64,000 nt of DNA from Trueperaceae bacterium (GTDB lineage Bacteria > Deinococcota > Deinococci > Deinococcales > Trueperaceae), in the NCBI GenBank assembly GCA_965213925.1, contig OZ243927.1, forward strand, positions 160,001 through 224,000, in the 5' to 3' direction. The notes under the pieces are model-generated. The model saw nothing but the letters and a program-made list of their open reading frames with translations. It had not been told where the DNA came from and ran no database searches. Positions 40,801 through 51,384 of the stretch are shown piece by piece. A program made the translations under genes and the position numbers. Position 1 is the first letter of the stretch. Each line of letters begins with the position of its first letter.

Positions 40801-41687
40801 CCCTGCGGCTCTTTGCCGTACTCCTCGCGGATGCGGTCGTCTTCGTTGGCTAGCAGCGTATCCGAGCCGCCCGAAATGATGACGTCGACCCCTTGCAAAA
40901 GTCCCGCCAAGTCGATCTCGTTCTGAATCTGCTGCAGGTGCGCGAGCAGGATGACTTTGTTGATCCCTTGACCCATTAAGACGTCAATTTCTGCTTGGAC
41001 GATGTCGGCTAAAGCCTCCACGTTGTCCGGCTGCGCGGGCAAGACCTGCACCGTGCCGGGCGACGAGATGTTCGGAAGCTGCGGCGTTGTTACGCCGACC
41101 ACGCCGATACGCTCTCCGCCCACCTCGAACACGACGCTGTCCGTGATGCTGTTGGGCTCGGGCGCTTGCGCCGCCGGAACGACGAACTCGCTCAGTTCGT
41201 TCGCGCTAAAGTCCAGGTTGGCGCTCAGGTAAGGGAACTGCGTCCCGGCGTAGGTGACGGTGCCGTCGTCCTCGACTTGCGCGATAAGCCCCGCCAGCGC
41301 GTTCGTGCCGAGGTCGAACTCGTGGTTGCCTAAAGCCATCGCCTGAAAGCCGATCGCGTTGGCGATGCGCACGTCTGCCTGACCACCCGTGGCGAAGTAG
41401 AACGCGCCGGGGATGATGAGGTCGCCCGAGCCGAGCAGCAACGTGTTGTCCGCGTCGTCCCTGAGCCCGTTGACGATAGCCGAAAAGTTGGGCGCGTTCT
41501 CGATAACATCTGGGCTCGCCTCCTGGTCGGCGGCGTGCAGCACTTGGAGCGTATAGGCGGTCGCACCCTCCGAGAAGGTGACGTCAGCGTCGCCTATAAG
41601 CGCCCCGTCAGGCTGGTCCACCTCGCCGGACTGCGCCCCGCACGCGGCGATGAGTAGAAGGAGTGCGGCATATACGTAACGTTTCAT
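37863..41687 (-). CDS. Lipoprotein: 5'-nucleotidase/PhoA-type metallophosphatase fused to ExeM/NucH-like EEP nuclease
   Basis: Lipobox IAAC; LHAADQE, GNHEFD, RTQETNLGNL, NGGGIR; IYTIQG..GFYLQD; SYNVLNL, LQEI, GDFN, LDHI, SDHDP. Confidence 0.88.
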   Translation of the reverse strand: MKRYVYAALLLLIAACGAQSGEVDQPDGALIGDADVTFSEGATAYTLQVLHAADQEASPDVIENAPNFSAIVNGLRDDADNTLLLGSGDLIIPGAFYFATGGQADVRIANAIGFQAMALGNHEFDLGTNALAGLIAQVEDDGTVTYAGTQFPYLSANLDFSANELSEFVVPAAQAPEPNSITDSVVFEVGGERIGVVGVTTPQLPNISSPGTVQVLPAQPDNVEALADIVQAEIDVLMGQGINKVILLAHLQQIQNEIDLAGLLQGVDVIISGGSDTLLANEDDRIREEYGKEPQGPYPLLYTSSAGEPVALVNTDREYRYVGRLVTEFDADGVLTGIGEASGPYPADDVGAVEFGTEPAPGVVEAVNEVETTLVDLDGTLYGATEVFLNGIREAVRTQETNLGNLTADANLSAARAQNSSVTLSLKNGGGIRASIGDILPGDEGERVPPQENPLIEDDQDGDISQLDIQNSLRFNNTLVTLTVTAEELKRLLEHGVAATEPGATPGQFPQVGGFAFSFDPNQQALQYDEAGELVQEGERVRSLVVFGAEGNVADTVVEGGALQGDPARTFDLVTLNFLAELRENGLGGDGYPFPAGERTELTGGAGEPLGEQEALQGYLEAFPRTDPYSQADTPTEEDERIQNLSVREDTLGDDTGNGGSGGEPQSVPIYTIQGEGHVSPFEGESVVTTGIVTAAGSSGFYLQDAEGDGNEATSDALFVFLGDEPRSEPTVSVGDEVEVRGPVSEFVPGGADTGNLATTQIFRPGYEVLSRDNPLPTPVLLVQGGRTPPTQVIDDDRSTQYDLNAGEGDYQPLEDGVDFYESLEAMRVTLEGAQAVGPTTRFGEIFTVLEASGATGLSERGTLNISPDDFNPERIQIDEDEDLFDLDFPQVDVGALFTDVTGVVGYSFGNFEVYPTQTFGVFEVEGESGLEPEVSTLESGDDQLSVASYNVLNLDPNDADGDADVAEGQFADIADDIVTNLNAPDIVALQEIQDNDGSANPEDSTVTAADVTLQILVDAIAQAGGPTYAFIDNPFIGNNTSGGQPGGNIRNAFLYNPERVSLAGEPQLDDYDAGAVQTVVDPQDQRTNEANPFFDSRLPLVATFTFNTQEVTVISNHFSSKGGSKPLLGSLQRTVVENAQPGEGQEDPEINGSLDERRDQARALKVYVDNLADGADVIAAGDFNEFEFISPLEVLETSLVNLTETLEPDERYSYIFQGNSQSLDHILVSESLAEVAQFDAVHVNSEFTDQASDHDPLLGARAIIMPQTLPHEG

Positions 41688-41722
41688 GTTGACCTCCATG
41701 CGTCATGCTTAGGATGACCTTC

Positions 41723-41760
41723 ATCCTAAAGCTTTACGAGTTTCTGTCAAGAGGTTGTCA
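41723..41760 (-). promoter_or_regulatory. Promoter (TTGACA-16-TAGGAT) with 11-bp-spaced TGACA repeats
   Basis: Minus strand TGACAACCTCT-TGACAGAAACT-CGTAAAGCTTTAGGAT. Confidence 0.45.
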
Positions 41761-42211
41761 GCGGTTCATCAGCCCTGCTAACGTCCAAAACGGGCGCGAG
41801 CGCTAGCCGCACGCCAACCGCGCGGGCTTGCTCGCGCAGCACCGCCGCCATCTCACCGATACGTTCCGGCTCCCAAGTGCAGCCTAAGCCGATGGGCTGC
41901 GGAAAGGTCGTCGCTCCCCAAGCGATCAGCCCCGCCAAACACTCGTCGTGAAAGAGCCCGGGGACGGAGGAAGATTCCAGCACCACGCGCTGAATCTCAT
42001 TGGTCAGCTCGGCAGTCTCCCGCGGACCACGCCCACTCAGCGCCGCCAGGCGCGTAACCTGACCCATACCACGTGCTAAAACCTCTTGCATCTTCGTCTC
42101 GTCAAGCTGCCCGTCCGCCAGCACATCCGTGAGCATCACCGCGCCGAGCTGGGCGATCTTTTCCTCCAGGCTCATCTCCGCGATGAGCGCGTCTAATTCG
42201 GTGCTAGTCAT
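41747..42211 (-). pseudogene. GH3 beta-glucosidase N-terminal fragment
   Basis: MSLEEKIAQL, HDECLAG, ATTFPQPIGL, LAPVLDVSR, then truncated. Confidence 0.85.
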
Positions 42212-42303
42212 CCTTACCTCCTGACTTACCTCCTGAGCCGTAGAGGTTCGCGCTGTAAAGAACTGTAGGGCTGAGGCACGCCTCTAAGCTGAGCGGCTGC
42301 TCC

Positions 42304-42720
42304 ATGCGGATGTGCAACTATCAACCGAACGCTTTTGCGCGGGGGCTCGTCACGAACCGCTCGGGCGGCATCGACGTGGTCATTAACGAAATCTCGAGCC
42401 CCTACTACAGCGGCGTCGTGCGCGGCACCGAGAGGGTGGTCGAAGCGGCAGGGATGCACCTGATCGTCTCGAGTGGTCACGCGGACGCAGCCTTCGAGCG
42501 CAAGGCGGCAGGTCACTTGTTGCAGCGCCGCTCGGACGCGCTCATTTTGCACCTGGAAACCCTGTCCGATGTTGAGCTGTTGCGCTGGCTCGAAGAGAAC
42601 CTCCCCGCCGAAACCCCCGTGGTCGTCATGGGACGGAACATCGCTGAGTTAGGAAAGCGGTGTATTTATTTAGACAACGAAAAGGGCGGGTTTTTGGCGA
42701 CGCAGTATCTACTTGTTTAG
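42304..42720 (+). pseudogene. LacI-family regulator internal fragment
   Basis: NYQPNAFARGL..SPYYSGVVRG..LDNEKGGFLATQYL; HTH and C-terminus absent. Confidence 0.85.
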
Positions 42721-42954
42721 GCGTGTGGGCACTCATCTTTGAGAGTGTCACGGTCGTGTTGAGCGGCTACGTACTGAGTAAGCGTCCTCGGCAGCTATCG
42801 GCTTAACGTCTTTTCCGAACGACCCAGGGTTTAAGAGGTGCGCGTGCGCCTCTTTTTTCATGGGCTGCGTAGGCTCGAGCCCTGGCTATTGCGTACTCGC
42901 CCGAACGTAAGCGGCTCTAAAAATACGTTTCAGTAAGAATGCTAAACTCCCCAC

Positions 42955-43641
42955 GTGACATTGCGCCGCCCCGGTACCGTCCCCGAAGCCTTGTGGAACG
43001 ACCTCGTGAGTATCGGCACGCCCACTCAGGTGGAGATGGGCGAACTCCTTTGGGAACCAGGTGACGCACACGAGGGTGAGAGCTATCTGGTCGTGCGCGG
43101 GCTCGTGCGGCTCTACCATCCGAGCCGCAAAGGGGAAGCGGTCACGCTCTTGGTGGTGGGCGCGGGTGGTCTCGTGGGGCATCATCCCACCGATCAATTT
43201 GAAGCGAGCCGCCCCCACGCGACGGGCGCTGAGGTGCTCTGCTCGAGTACCCTCCTCGCGCTCCCCGCCGAGCGCATTATGTGCTGGTTGCAGGAAACGG
43301 ACAAGACCAGTACCACCTTTATACAGTGGTTACGCCACACCGTGGAACAACAGTTAGACGAGACCTATACCCGTTTAGAGCTAGAACACGACACCGCCAA
43401 AGCCAAAGTCGCTCACGTTCTCTTGACACTCGACCGACAAGCCCTCTTGGACCGCATGACGCGCCAGCAGATTGCCGACCTCGCCAACTTGACCATTGAG
43501 ACCCCCGTGCGCACCATCTCGCAGTTTTTACGTGAAGGGGTGCTTAAAGGCTCACGTTTTACGGTGCTGAATGACGCGGAGCGGTTCGCGTTAGCGGCAC
43601 TTTTGGAGCCGTTCGAACCCGACGAACTACCCTACAGCTAA
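42955..43641 (+). CDS. Crp/Fnr-family transcriptional regulator
   Basis: cNMP-like domain YLVVRGLVRLY; HTH MTRQQIADLANLTIETPVRTISQF. Confidence 0.82.
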   Translation: MTLRRPGTVPEALWNDLVSIGTPTQVEMGELLWEPGDAHEGESYLVVRGLVRLYHPSRKGEAVTLLVVGAGGLVGHHPTDQFEASRPHATGAEVLCSSTLLALPAERIMCWLQETDKTSTTFIQWLRHTVEQQLDETYTRLELEHDTAKAKVAHVLLTLDRQALLDRMTRQQIADLANLTIETPVRTISQFLREGVLKGSRFTVLNDAERFALAALLEPFEPDELPYS

Positions 43642-43647
43642 GTTTCC

Positions 43648-44055
43648 TCACGCCCTTTTCAGCGGGTAGAGGGTGACGCCTTCGCCGACGAGGTGGTAAT
43701 GCACGAGCAGCGTCTCACGCAGCGGGTCGGGGAACACTGTCAGGGTAAGCGTGTAGCCCTCCCCCTCGTGCGTCACCGTGGACAGCGGAATAAAGGGCTC
43801 GGGCGTGCTGAGCCGGTAGCGGTTCACCCGCTTGACCTTCACCCAGCCGTCCGGCTTAGCGATGATGAACCCTAAGTCGCGGAGTTGCGGCCCGCCCGTC
43901 GAGGGGTAGTAGACCTCGTTGACAATGCCGAAACCGAGCGTTGCCTAGAGGCGGCTAGGACCGAGCGCGGTAGTGACGGCGTCCTTGGCGGAAGAGGACC
44001 AGGTCGGCGCAATGCCGGGCTGTCCGGGAGCACCTAAAACCGAAGTCGTGTCCAT
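43648..44055 (-). pseudogene. GH15 glucoamylase/glucodextranase N-terminal fragment
   Basis: APGQPGIAPTWSSSAKD..SRL*ATLGFGIVNEVYYPSTG..; internal TAG 43945-43947 and truncation. Confidence 0.8.
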
Positions 44056-44056
44056 C

Positions 44057-44839
44057 TCAGCCTCCATGTGCGAAGTCGGGGTAGTCGGTCATGCCGCCGT
44101 CCACAAAGACGGTCGTCCCCGTGACGTACCCTGCCACGTCTGAAACGAGCACCACCGCCATGTTCGCCACATCCGCGACCTCACCAATGCGGTTGAGAGG
44201 GATTTTCTCCAGCAGGTCTTTCGACATCGCTGGGTCTGACCAGACCGAGCGGTTGATGGACGTTTTGACAGCTCCTGGCGCGAGCGCTAAGACGCGAACC
44301 CCGTGCGGCGCAGCCTCTTGTGAAAGCGTGCGCGTCAGCATCGAGACGCCCGCTTTGGCGGCGGTGTAGGCGCTGTAGCCCGTCCAGGGGATGACCTCAT
44401 GCACCGAACTGAGGTTTAAGATGACGCCGCTTTTTTGCGGCACCATCCTCTTAAGCGCTTCATGCGAGCAGCTAAACGCGCCGAAGAGGTTGACCTCTAG
44501 GACTTTGCGCCACGCGGCGAAGTCCGCTTCCCACGCGACTTGGCGTTTGCCGTCGATACCTGCGTTGTTCACTAAGATGTCGAGTCCGCCCCACGTCTTG
44601 TCAAGCTGAGCGAACATCGCTTCTACTTCTTTAGGGTCAGCGACATCCGCTTTGAGCGCGAACGCTTCACTCTCCGCTGCTTGCAAGCGTTCGACAACCG
44701 CGTCGGCGTCCTCGGGTCTGCTCACGTAGTTCACCGCGACCTTCGCGCCTGCTGCGCTCAAGGCTAACGCTATCGCCTCACCGATACCTGAGTTTGCGCC
44801 TGTGACCAGGGCGCGTTTGCCTGCTAGGGAAATGTTCAC
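44057..44839 (-). CDS. SDR oxidoreductase, glucose 1-dehydrogenase-like
   Basis: TGANSGIG, NNAG, SSVHEVIPW, YTAAK. Confidence 0.9.
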   Translation of the reverse strand: MNISLAGKRALVTGANSGIGEAIALALSAAGAKVAVNYVSRPEDADAVVERLQAAESEAFALKADVADPKEVEAMFAQLDKTWGGLDILVNNAGIDGKRQVAWEADFAAWRKVLEVNLFGAFSCSHEALKRMVPQKSGVILNLSSVHEVIPWTGYSAYTAAKAGVSMLTRTLSQEAAPHGVRVLALAPGAVKTSINRSVWSDPAMSKDLLEKIPLNRIGEVADVANMAVVLVSDVAGYVTGTTVFVDGGMTDYPDFAHGG

Positions 44840-45071
44840 ATTGACCTCGCTTCGAGCGCGGGTATACGGCGCGTTGCGTGGGCGCTCAGAACCACGCGAC
44901 TTCAAGTCTTGCTATAAAAGCAGCACACCTTTATGACCCTTAGCTTACAGGGTGTCTACTTCCCGCCATACTGACGCAAATCAATTTTAATGAGCGCTTC
45001 TCACCCAACTTGATTTGCGTCATTCTTCTCTATCCTTCACAGTCTTAATCTGTCCGAGTAAGGAGGACGAG

Positions 45072-45976
45072 ATAGCAACCATTTCAGAGAACAAGGTGAA
45101 CAACACCCAACCCCAGGAGGAAAAACGACTCGGCAGCGTTTTTATCCTCTTCCCCCTACTCGCCGCCCTTTTAATCGCCACCATGCTGACGCCCGGCGGC
45201 GTCCGGCAGAGCTTAGGCTCCACCCAAATGTACCGCAACTCATCCGTAACTTGCCCGTCCCCGCTCAGGTTCAGCCGCAGCTCGTAGACGCCTACCGCTC
45301 GGCGGTAGGGCAGCTCGGCAGCTTGACCTCAGGCCTCTCGAACGGCCTCGAGACCTTCGTCTTGAGGAACACTCTCGTTAGCGACCTCACGACGATCACC
45401 AGTAGCCTCATCGACCTCTTCGCCCTCTTGGCGCTGACGAGCTATATGCTGATGCCGCAGGTGACGCGCCTTCTCGTCCGCGTGTTCCCCGAGCCTCATC
45501 AGCCCACTGCTAAAGATGTAGTGAGCAAGTTCGAGCACGCCGTCGGCGGCTACTTTCGGGGGCAGCTTCTGATCGCCAGCACCGTCGGGGCGATGGTCGG
45601 TCTGGGGCTGTAGTTGCTCGGCGTGCCTTTAGCGCTCTCCTTAGGCTTTCTAGCAGGTCTGTTCAACCTCGTGTCCTATCTGGGCGTGATCATTTCGACG
45701 CTGCCCGCCCTGCTTTTAGCGGCGGGCGTCGGGGGGTGGCAGGTGCTGGGCGTGCTGGGCGTGGTGGCGGCGAATCAGCTCGAGACCTACATCCTCTCGC
45801 CCATCATCTTGAGCCGCAGCACCCAGCTTCACCCAGCGGCGATCATTATCGCTATCCTGATCGGCGCGAGCTTGAGGGGTATTGTAGGTGCACTCGTTGC
45901 GGTGCCCCTAGTCGCCTTTCTCAAACTCCTCTATGAGGACTACTACTAGAAGAGTCATTTTTATGAGAAGGGCTGA
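45072..45976 (+). pseudogene. AI-2E family transporter pseudogene
   Basis: VGGYFRGQLL..GL*LLGVPLA..NQLETYILSP..LHP; RBS followed by ATA, frameshift and stops. Confidence 0.8.
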
Positions 45977-45983
45977 GTAACCT

Positions 45984-46577
45984 ATGATCAACCTGCAACA
46001 GTTTCTGCTTACCGCGTCTTACCTGGGCATCTTCGCCATGCTCTTCACCGAGACCGGGCTTTTGGTCGGCTTCTTCTTACCCGGTGACAGCTTGCTCGTC
46101 ACGGCAGGTATCCTGGCAGCTTACGGCACGCTCTCGCTCCCGCTCGTGATGGTCGCGGGCGTAGCGGGGGCGATTGCGGGTGACTCGGTGGGCTACTTCA
46201 TCGGGGAAAAGACGAGTCCGCGCCTCTTTCACCGCCCTAAGTCGCGCTTTTTCAACCCGGAGAACGTGCGGCGGGCGCAGGACTACTTCGACCAGTACGG
46301 CGCGAAGACGCTCATCTTAGCTCGCTTTATTCCAGTGGTGCGCACCTTTGCGCCGATCGTTGCGGGCGTTGCGAAGATGCCCTACGGGCGCTTTCTCAGC
46401 TACAACGCGCTGGGCGGAGTTTTGTGGGGCGCAGGCGTGCCACTGGTCAGCTACTTTTTGGGGAGTCTCATCCCGAACTTGGACCAGTACCTCTTGCTCA
46501 TCATCGGCCTTGTCGTGGTGGTGTCAGTGATTCCGGTGGGGTTGGAGTTGCTGCGAGCCCGCCGCCGTCACGCCTAG
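45984..46577 (+). CDS. DedA/VTT family membrane protein
   Basis: ETGLLVGFFLPGDSLL, ARFIPVVRTFAP. Confidence 0.93.
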   Translation: MINLQQFLLTASYLGIFAMLFTETGLLVGFFLPGDSLLVTAGILAAYGTLSLPLVMVAGVAGAIAGDSVGYFIGEKTSPRLFHRPKSRFFNPENVRRAQDYFDQYGAKTLILARFIPVVRTFAPIVAGVAKMPYGRFLSYNALGGVLWGAGVPLVSYFLGSLIPNLDQYLLLIIGLVVVVSVIPVGLELLRARRRHA

Positions 46578-46609
46578 GTTGCTTGAAAAACCGAATCACG
46601 GAGGTTTCC

Positions 46610-46812
46610 ATGTCCGAACGCTCGTCTATAACCGACGCACCCCGAGAGGATAATCACTCCCTTTCCAGAGCCGACTTGCAGGAGCACTGGCGCGATGAAG
46701 CCGAGTCCGCCCACCTCTACGCCGCGCTTGCGCCGCGCATGAAAGACGCCGGGGAGCGCCAGACCTTGGAGCGCTTAGCCCGCGAAGAAACTGCCCATAA
46801 AGAGCTTTTTGA
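46610..46812 (+). pseudogene. Rubrerythrin-like/VIT1 N-terminal fragment
   Basis: HWRDEAESAHLYAALA..LERLAREETAH, then truncated. Confidence 0.6.
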
Positions 46813-47220
46813 GCGATTTCCGTCACCCCTTCGCCCAACTCGTCCAGGATGCGCAGCAAGGTCTCTACCGAAGCGGTGCGGTCGAAAAAGCCCATCTCGA
46901 AGTGATCGGGCTCCAAGGGCGTGCGGTCATAGATGGCGGCCGTTGTAGAGCGGTCCGTAGCGCCTATCGGCTGGAACGACGACCTGCCAGACGTTGCGCA
47001 CGTTGATGAGACCTACCGCCGCCTCGCCACTCAGCTTACGCGCCAAAATCCAGCGCCACACCTTAGCAAAAACACGTTGCCCGGTCAGCACCCTATTCGT
47101 CACCGAGTAGGGGTAGAGGGTGACGATTTCGGTGTCGGCGAGGCGTTCCTCGAGCCGCTTCATGAACGTGACTTCATCTGGCGCGAGGAACCGAGATTGG
47201 TATGCCACTTTTCGCTGCAA
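46790..47220 (-). pseudogene. Fragment of an uncharacterised protein
   Basis: YPYSVTNRVLTG..INVRNVWQVVVPADRRYGPLYN; broken frame, no start. Confidence 0.4.
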
Positions 47221-47560
47221 TTTTTACGGCAGGCTACCTTCTGGCGGGGCTGGCGTTTGCGACCTCGAGCTGCTCGTGCTCATTGGATGAATTTATCGGT
47301 GCGTTCGCCATCACCTGCGACGTGACGGTCATCGCTGCTGGGCTCGCATTAGGGGCGCTCTTCGTGCGCTCGTTGACATTTCTGATGGCGGAGAAGGAAC
47401 TACTGAAAACTCGGTGTTTCTCAGGCACGGGGCTCACTATACGATTGGCGCGTTAGCGCAGATTATACTCTTAGGAGTGAGCCCAGCGGTGCAGGTGCCA
47501 GAAGCAATGACAGGACTCGTCGGGGTGATGCTCATCAGGTTGGCGGCGCTACCGTTGAGG
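47216..47560 (+). pseudogene. DUF475/TerC-like membrane protein C-terminal fragment
   Basis: SLDEFIGAFAIT..IAAGLALGALFVRSLT../LRHGAHYTIGALA. Confidence 0.7.
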
Positions 47561-47657
47561 AGGCGCTTGGACGTTGTCGAGGTGGGAAAGAAGCCGATTG
47601 AGCACGTTGCAAAGCGTTCTCGTCTCTCGCATTGCAGCCCACGAGGTCTGGTCGGCT

Positions 47658-48326
47658 CTACTCCCGGTCCACAAGCTTAGGCAACGGATCATAGACAACA
47701 CGTTCGCAGTGGAGCGGGTTCCCGCTCGAGACCCCCAGGTGTAGATGTGGTGGTGTATCCGCAGCGTTGCCCGTCGTGCCGACGTAGCCGAGCAGCGTGT
47801 TGGTTGCGACCTCTTGCCCCTCAAAAAGTCTGTCGGCGTAGCGCTCTAAGTGCGCGTAGTAGTAGCGCAACCCACCCGCGCCTATAACGGTCACGGTCTT
47901 ACCTCCTAGCCTGCGCTCTGAAATGCGCCAAACGAAGCCGGATGTCGCCGAGTAGATAGGGGTGCCACGCGGCGCGAAGATATCTTGACCCGCATGAATA
48001 CGCCCACCCCCACGCGGTGCGCTCCAGGTATCGACAACCTGATCGGCGCGCACACCCTCGACGGGCATAACAAGCCTTGCGTCAGCCTCTTCGGGGAGTC
48101 TTTGCAAGTAGTCGGGCAGGCGCTCTAAGTACACCTCCCACTCGTCCACCTCACGCTGCCACTCGAGCCTCTGTGCTTCATTCGTAGGCTGCCACGAGGG
48201 GAGGCAGCCGGTTTGGGCAAATGAAGATGGAAGTCCGAGGAAAAATCCAACCGCGCATAGAAGCAGACCTCTGATCAGCACCTTGCTCGTTATGTTATCT
48301 CCGTCCATATCACGCATCAGCCTCAC
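47658..48326 (-). CDS. M23-family metallopeptidase
   Basis: HAGQDIFAPRGTP, YYYAHL, GTTGNA..PHLH. Confidence 0.9.
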   Translation of the reverse strand: MRLMRDMDGDNITSKVLIRGLLLCAVGFFLGLPSSFAQTGCLPSWQPTNEAQRLEWQREVDEWEVYLERLPDYLQRLPEEADARLVMPVEGVRADQVVDTWSAPRGGGRIHAGQDIFAPRGTPIYSATSGFVWRISERRLGGKTVTVIGAGGLRYYYAHLERYADRLFEGQEVATNTLLGYVGTTGNAADTPPHLHLGVSSGNPLHCERVVYDPLPKLVDRE

Positions 48327-49162
48327 CCCGTCAGATGATCACGCCAGGAGTGCTTAGGCTCGTAGCCGAGTAGCCTCTTTGCCCTGTCGATGGCGAGTAG
48401 GGTGCCGAACTCCGAGAGGTCGTCCTCTACTGTTACGTCAGAGAAAACCTCACTCGTCAGCTCGCGCGAGGGTCGGTTCATCACCGTGTCGGCGGCAGCG
48501 ATAATGAAGTTCTCCGAACCGGCGATATTCGCTGTGAGCGCTACCCGGCACGCCTGCCCCACATCCCGCTCGTCCACATAGCCCCATAAATTCCATTTGC
48601 GCAAGTGTGCGTCAGCCCAGTACTCGGGGAACTGCTGGTAGACCTCTGGGTTCAAGATGTTCGAGAAACGCAAGCCGACGAAGGGGATGCCGCTCCAGCG
48701 GTTGAACTGCTCAGCGATGGTCTCGCTTGCAACCTTCGAGAGCGCATAGGACGACTCAGGCAGCGGGTAGTGCGCCTCGTCCACCGGAGCGTAGCGCGGC
48801 GGCGTATCGAAAGGTAGACCTAGCGTGGTCTCGCTAGACGCCCACACCACCCGCTGGAGTCCGTGACTAACGGCAGCCGAGAAGACGTTGTAGTTCATGG
48901 TGATGTTTTCAGAAAAGGTGCGCCCCGGCGTATAGAGGTCGGGCGCGGGGATGTTCGCCATATGCACGACGGCGTCCGCACCCCTTAGCACCTCGAGCAC
49001 CTGCCCTAAGTCAGTCAGGTCCGCTTGCAAGCTGGGCGCGTTCAGGTCATCCGGTGCAGCTAGGCGGTCTACTCCGGTGACTGTATACCCGTGAGTGAGC
49101 AGTTCTTGGGCGGCGGCGCGACCTGCTTTGCCACTCGAGCCCGTGACGACGATGTGTTGCAC
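48323..49162 (-). CDS. NAD-dependent epimerase/dehydratase
   Basis: VVTGSSGKAG, ASSE, YALSK; start at GTG 49162. Confidence 0.88.
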   Translation of the reverse strand: MQHIVVTGSSGKAGRAAAQELLTHGYTVTGVDRLAAPDDLNAPSLQADLTDLGQVLEVLRGADAVVHMANIPAPDLYTPGRTFSENITMNYNVFSAAVSHGLQRVVWASSETTLGLPFDTPPRYAPVDEAHYPLPESSYALSKVASETIAEQFNRWSGIPFVGLRFSNILNPEVYQQFPEYWADAHLRKWNLWGYVDERDVGQACRVALTANIAGSENFIIAAADTVMNRPSRELTSEVFSDVTVEDDLSEFGTLLAIDRAKRLLGYEPKHSWRDHLTG

Positions 49163-49172
49163 CTCGTCCCCC

Positions 49173-50171
49173 TCAACCGTCCCGCTCGTCGGGCATAGGG
49201 GCGGGTTTGTTACCAAGGATGCTTTCGATACGCGCCGTGACCTTAGGCTCGAGCTTATCCACGACATCTAGCGCCTGCATGTTCTGTTCGATCTGTTCGG
49301 GCTTGCTGGCTCCGGTGATGACGGTAGATACGTCCGGGTTCTTTAAGCACCAAGCCAGCGCGAGCTGCGCCGTCGTGCAGCCTAAGTCATCGGCGACCTG
49401 GGCGAGCTTCTGCACCTTTCCTAACTGGGCTCTGCCGTCCTCGGTCTCGAGCCTCTCTTTAAGCCATTCGTACCCCTCGGTGTCCAAGCGGCTTCCCTCG
49501 GGAACGCCACCATTGTATTTGCCCGTCAACAGCCCACTTGCTAACGGGCTCCAGGTGGTCAGACCCAGCGTGTAGTCGCGGTAGAGCGGTCGGTATTCGG
49601 TCTCGACGCGCGCACGGTGAAACATGTTGTACTGCGGCTGCTCCATCAAAGGACCGATCAAGTGCTCACGGCGGGCGACTTCAAAGGCTTGGCGGAGCTG
49701 CTCAGCGGACCACTCGCTGGTTCCCCAGTAGAAGGCGAGCCCCTGGTCGATGAGGAAGTTCATCGCCCGCACTGTCTCTTCGATGGGCGTATTCGGGTCG
49801 GGTCGGTGACAAAACACCAGGTCCACGTAGTCGAGTTGCAACCGCTCCAAGGACGCGCGTGTTCCCTCGATAACGTGCTTGCGTGAGAGACCGAGGTCGT
49901 TAGGTCCGTCGCCGCCCCAGAAGATTTTGGTCGACACGACGATGTCGCTGCGCTTCCAGCCGAGCTTCTTGATGACATTGCCCATGACCGTCTCAGCTTT
50001 GCCGCTGCCGTACTCTTCGGCGTTGTCGAAGAAGTTGACACCGTGTTCATAGGCGGTTTTCATCAAATCAGTGGCGACGTCTTCACCGATCTGTTCACCG
50101 AAGGTGACCCACGCACCGAACGAAAGTGCCGAGACCTTGAGACCTGAGTTGCCGAGGTAGGTGTACTTCAT
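49173..50171 (-). CDS. Aldo/keto reductase (Kv-beta-like)
   Basis: [32 protein letters not shown]. Confidence 0.93.
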   Translation of the reverse strand: MKYTYLGNSGLKVSALSFGAWVTFGEQIGEDVATDLMKTAYEHGVNFFDNAEEYGSGKAETVMGNVIKKLGWKRSDIVVSTKIFWGGDGPNDLGLSRKHVIEGTRASLERLQLDYVDLVFCHRPDPNTPIEETVRAMNFLIDQGLAFYWGTSEWSAEQLRQAFEVARREHLIGPLMEQPQYNMFHRARVETEYRPLYRDYTLGLTTWSPLASGLLTGKYNGGVPEGSRLDTEGYEWLKERLETEDGRAQLGKVQKLAQVADDLGCTTAQLALAWCLKNPDVSTVITGASKPEQIEQNMQALDVVDKLEPKVTARIESILGNKPAPMPDERDG

Positions 50172-50359
50172 AAGGCTCCTTTCAGAGTGAAGGCTAAGCA
50201 GTTCTGGAAGCTATCATAGACTTCGCTTAAGAAATGGGGTGGGGAGCGTGGTTGCCATCAGATCACCGAAAGAGCGCGGCAGAATACGGCGGCTACTGCT
50301 GTATTCAGATTTGGCCGCTTGAGGGCTGTGCGCCAGATGCGCGTTACACGTAATAACGC

Positions 50360-50885
50360 CGCCAGCCTGAAAACTTCGATGTTTTCGCGAAAGAGGGGGC
50401 ACCACCTACAGCTTCGATACGGAGGCGGGGACGTTAGAGGTCACGCCCTTGGGTCACGCTTTGCTCTTGCTCGAGCTAGGCGACACCGTCATCCACGTTG
50501 ACCCTTACAGCGAGGTTGCCGACTACAGCCAACAGCCCGACGCGGACTGGGTCTGGATCACCTACGAACACGGCGATCACTTAGACCCAGCCACTCTGCA
50601 AGAGGTCGTAATTGAGGGAACGCGCTTTGTGATGGACAGCTACTCAGCCAAACAGTACACCTCGGAAGGTGCGGGAAGTGGAGGCGCAGAGAGCAACATC
50701 AACATCATGGCGAACGGCGACAGCTTAGAACTCGATGGCTTCACCTTGCAAGCCGTCCCTTCGTATAACATTGTGCGCGAGCGCGACGGCGGGCAGAAGT
50801 ATCACCCCGAAGGCTGGTACAACGGGTACGTGCTAGAAATCGGTGATTTTCGGTTGCACATCGGCGGCGACACCGAGTGCGTGGG
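50360..50885 (+). pseudogene. MBL-fold hydrolase fragment
   Basis: IHVDPY..ITYEHGDHLD..VPSYN..KYHP..GGDTE, then truncated. Confidence 0.75.
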
Positions 50886-50889
50886 ACGC

Positions 50890-51221
50890 GCTCGATGTGC
50901 AGAGCCACGGTGTAGCGCTCACACCTGACGAGCAAGAGGTGTGGGTGGCGGACAACGGCAACAAATACTTGCACCTCTTCGACGTAAGCGCTCTACCGAA
51001 AGAGGCTCCGACATATCTCGAGAGCATTGAGCTGCCGAGCCGACTGGATACAGTTTTCACGCGATGGACGTTTTGCCTACTCGGGAGGCGAGGTGATCGA
51101 CGCCGCCACACGGCAAGTCGTCGAGAAAACGTCGTCCGCTAAAGTGCGCATCCAAATCGACTTCGTGAACAAAAAGCCTATCCACGCCTATGTGCGTTAC
51201 GGGCTCAGGTATGAAACTGAC
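50890..51221 (+). pseudogene. YncE-like beta-propeller C-terminal fragment
   Basis: SHGVALTPDEQEVWVAD../WIQFSRDGRFAY; frameshifted. Confidence 0.65.
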
Positions 51222-51321
51222 TGAGCTGTACAAATATAAAGTGGATTTGGCGTGAGTCTGGCTGTGTGCGGCTCAGTGGCTGGACGATTGCCTTGTTGTC
51301 GTGCGGTTTTAGGTCGGAGTA

Positions 51322-51342
51322 GCGCGCAACTCGCGCAGAAGG
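51322..51342 (+). repeat. 21-bp repeat family C, copy 1
   Basis: GCGCGCAACTCGCGCAGAAGG. Confidence 0.8.
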
Positions 51343-51384
51343 TTTATGCCAGTTTTGAGATTTGCACCGTGCTAAACTAGAGCT

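Noticed and set aside
24900..45950. Amber recoding suggested by several internal TAG stops (yefM, GmrSD, GH15, AI-2E)
   Set aside because: TAG ends many intact genes (rpsA, tag, HNH, AfsR); the replaced residues appear to differ (Tyr, Trp, Glu/Gln); most affected genes have other lesions.
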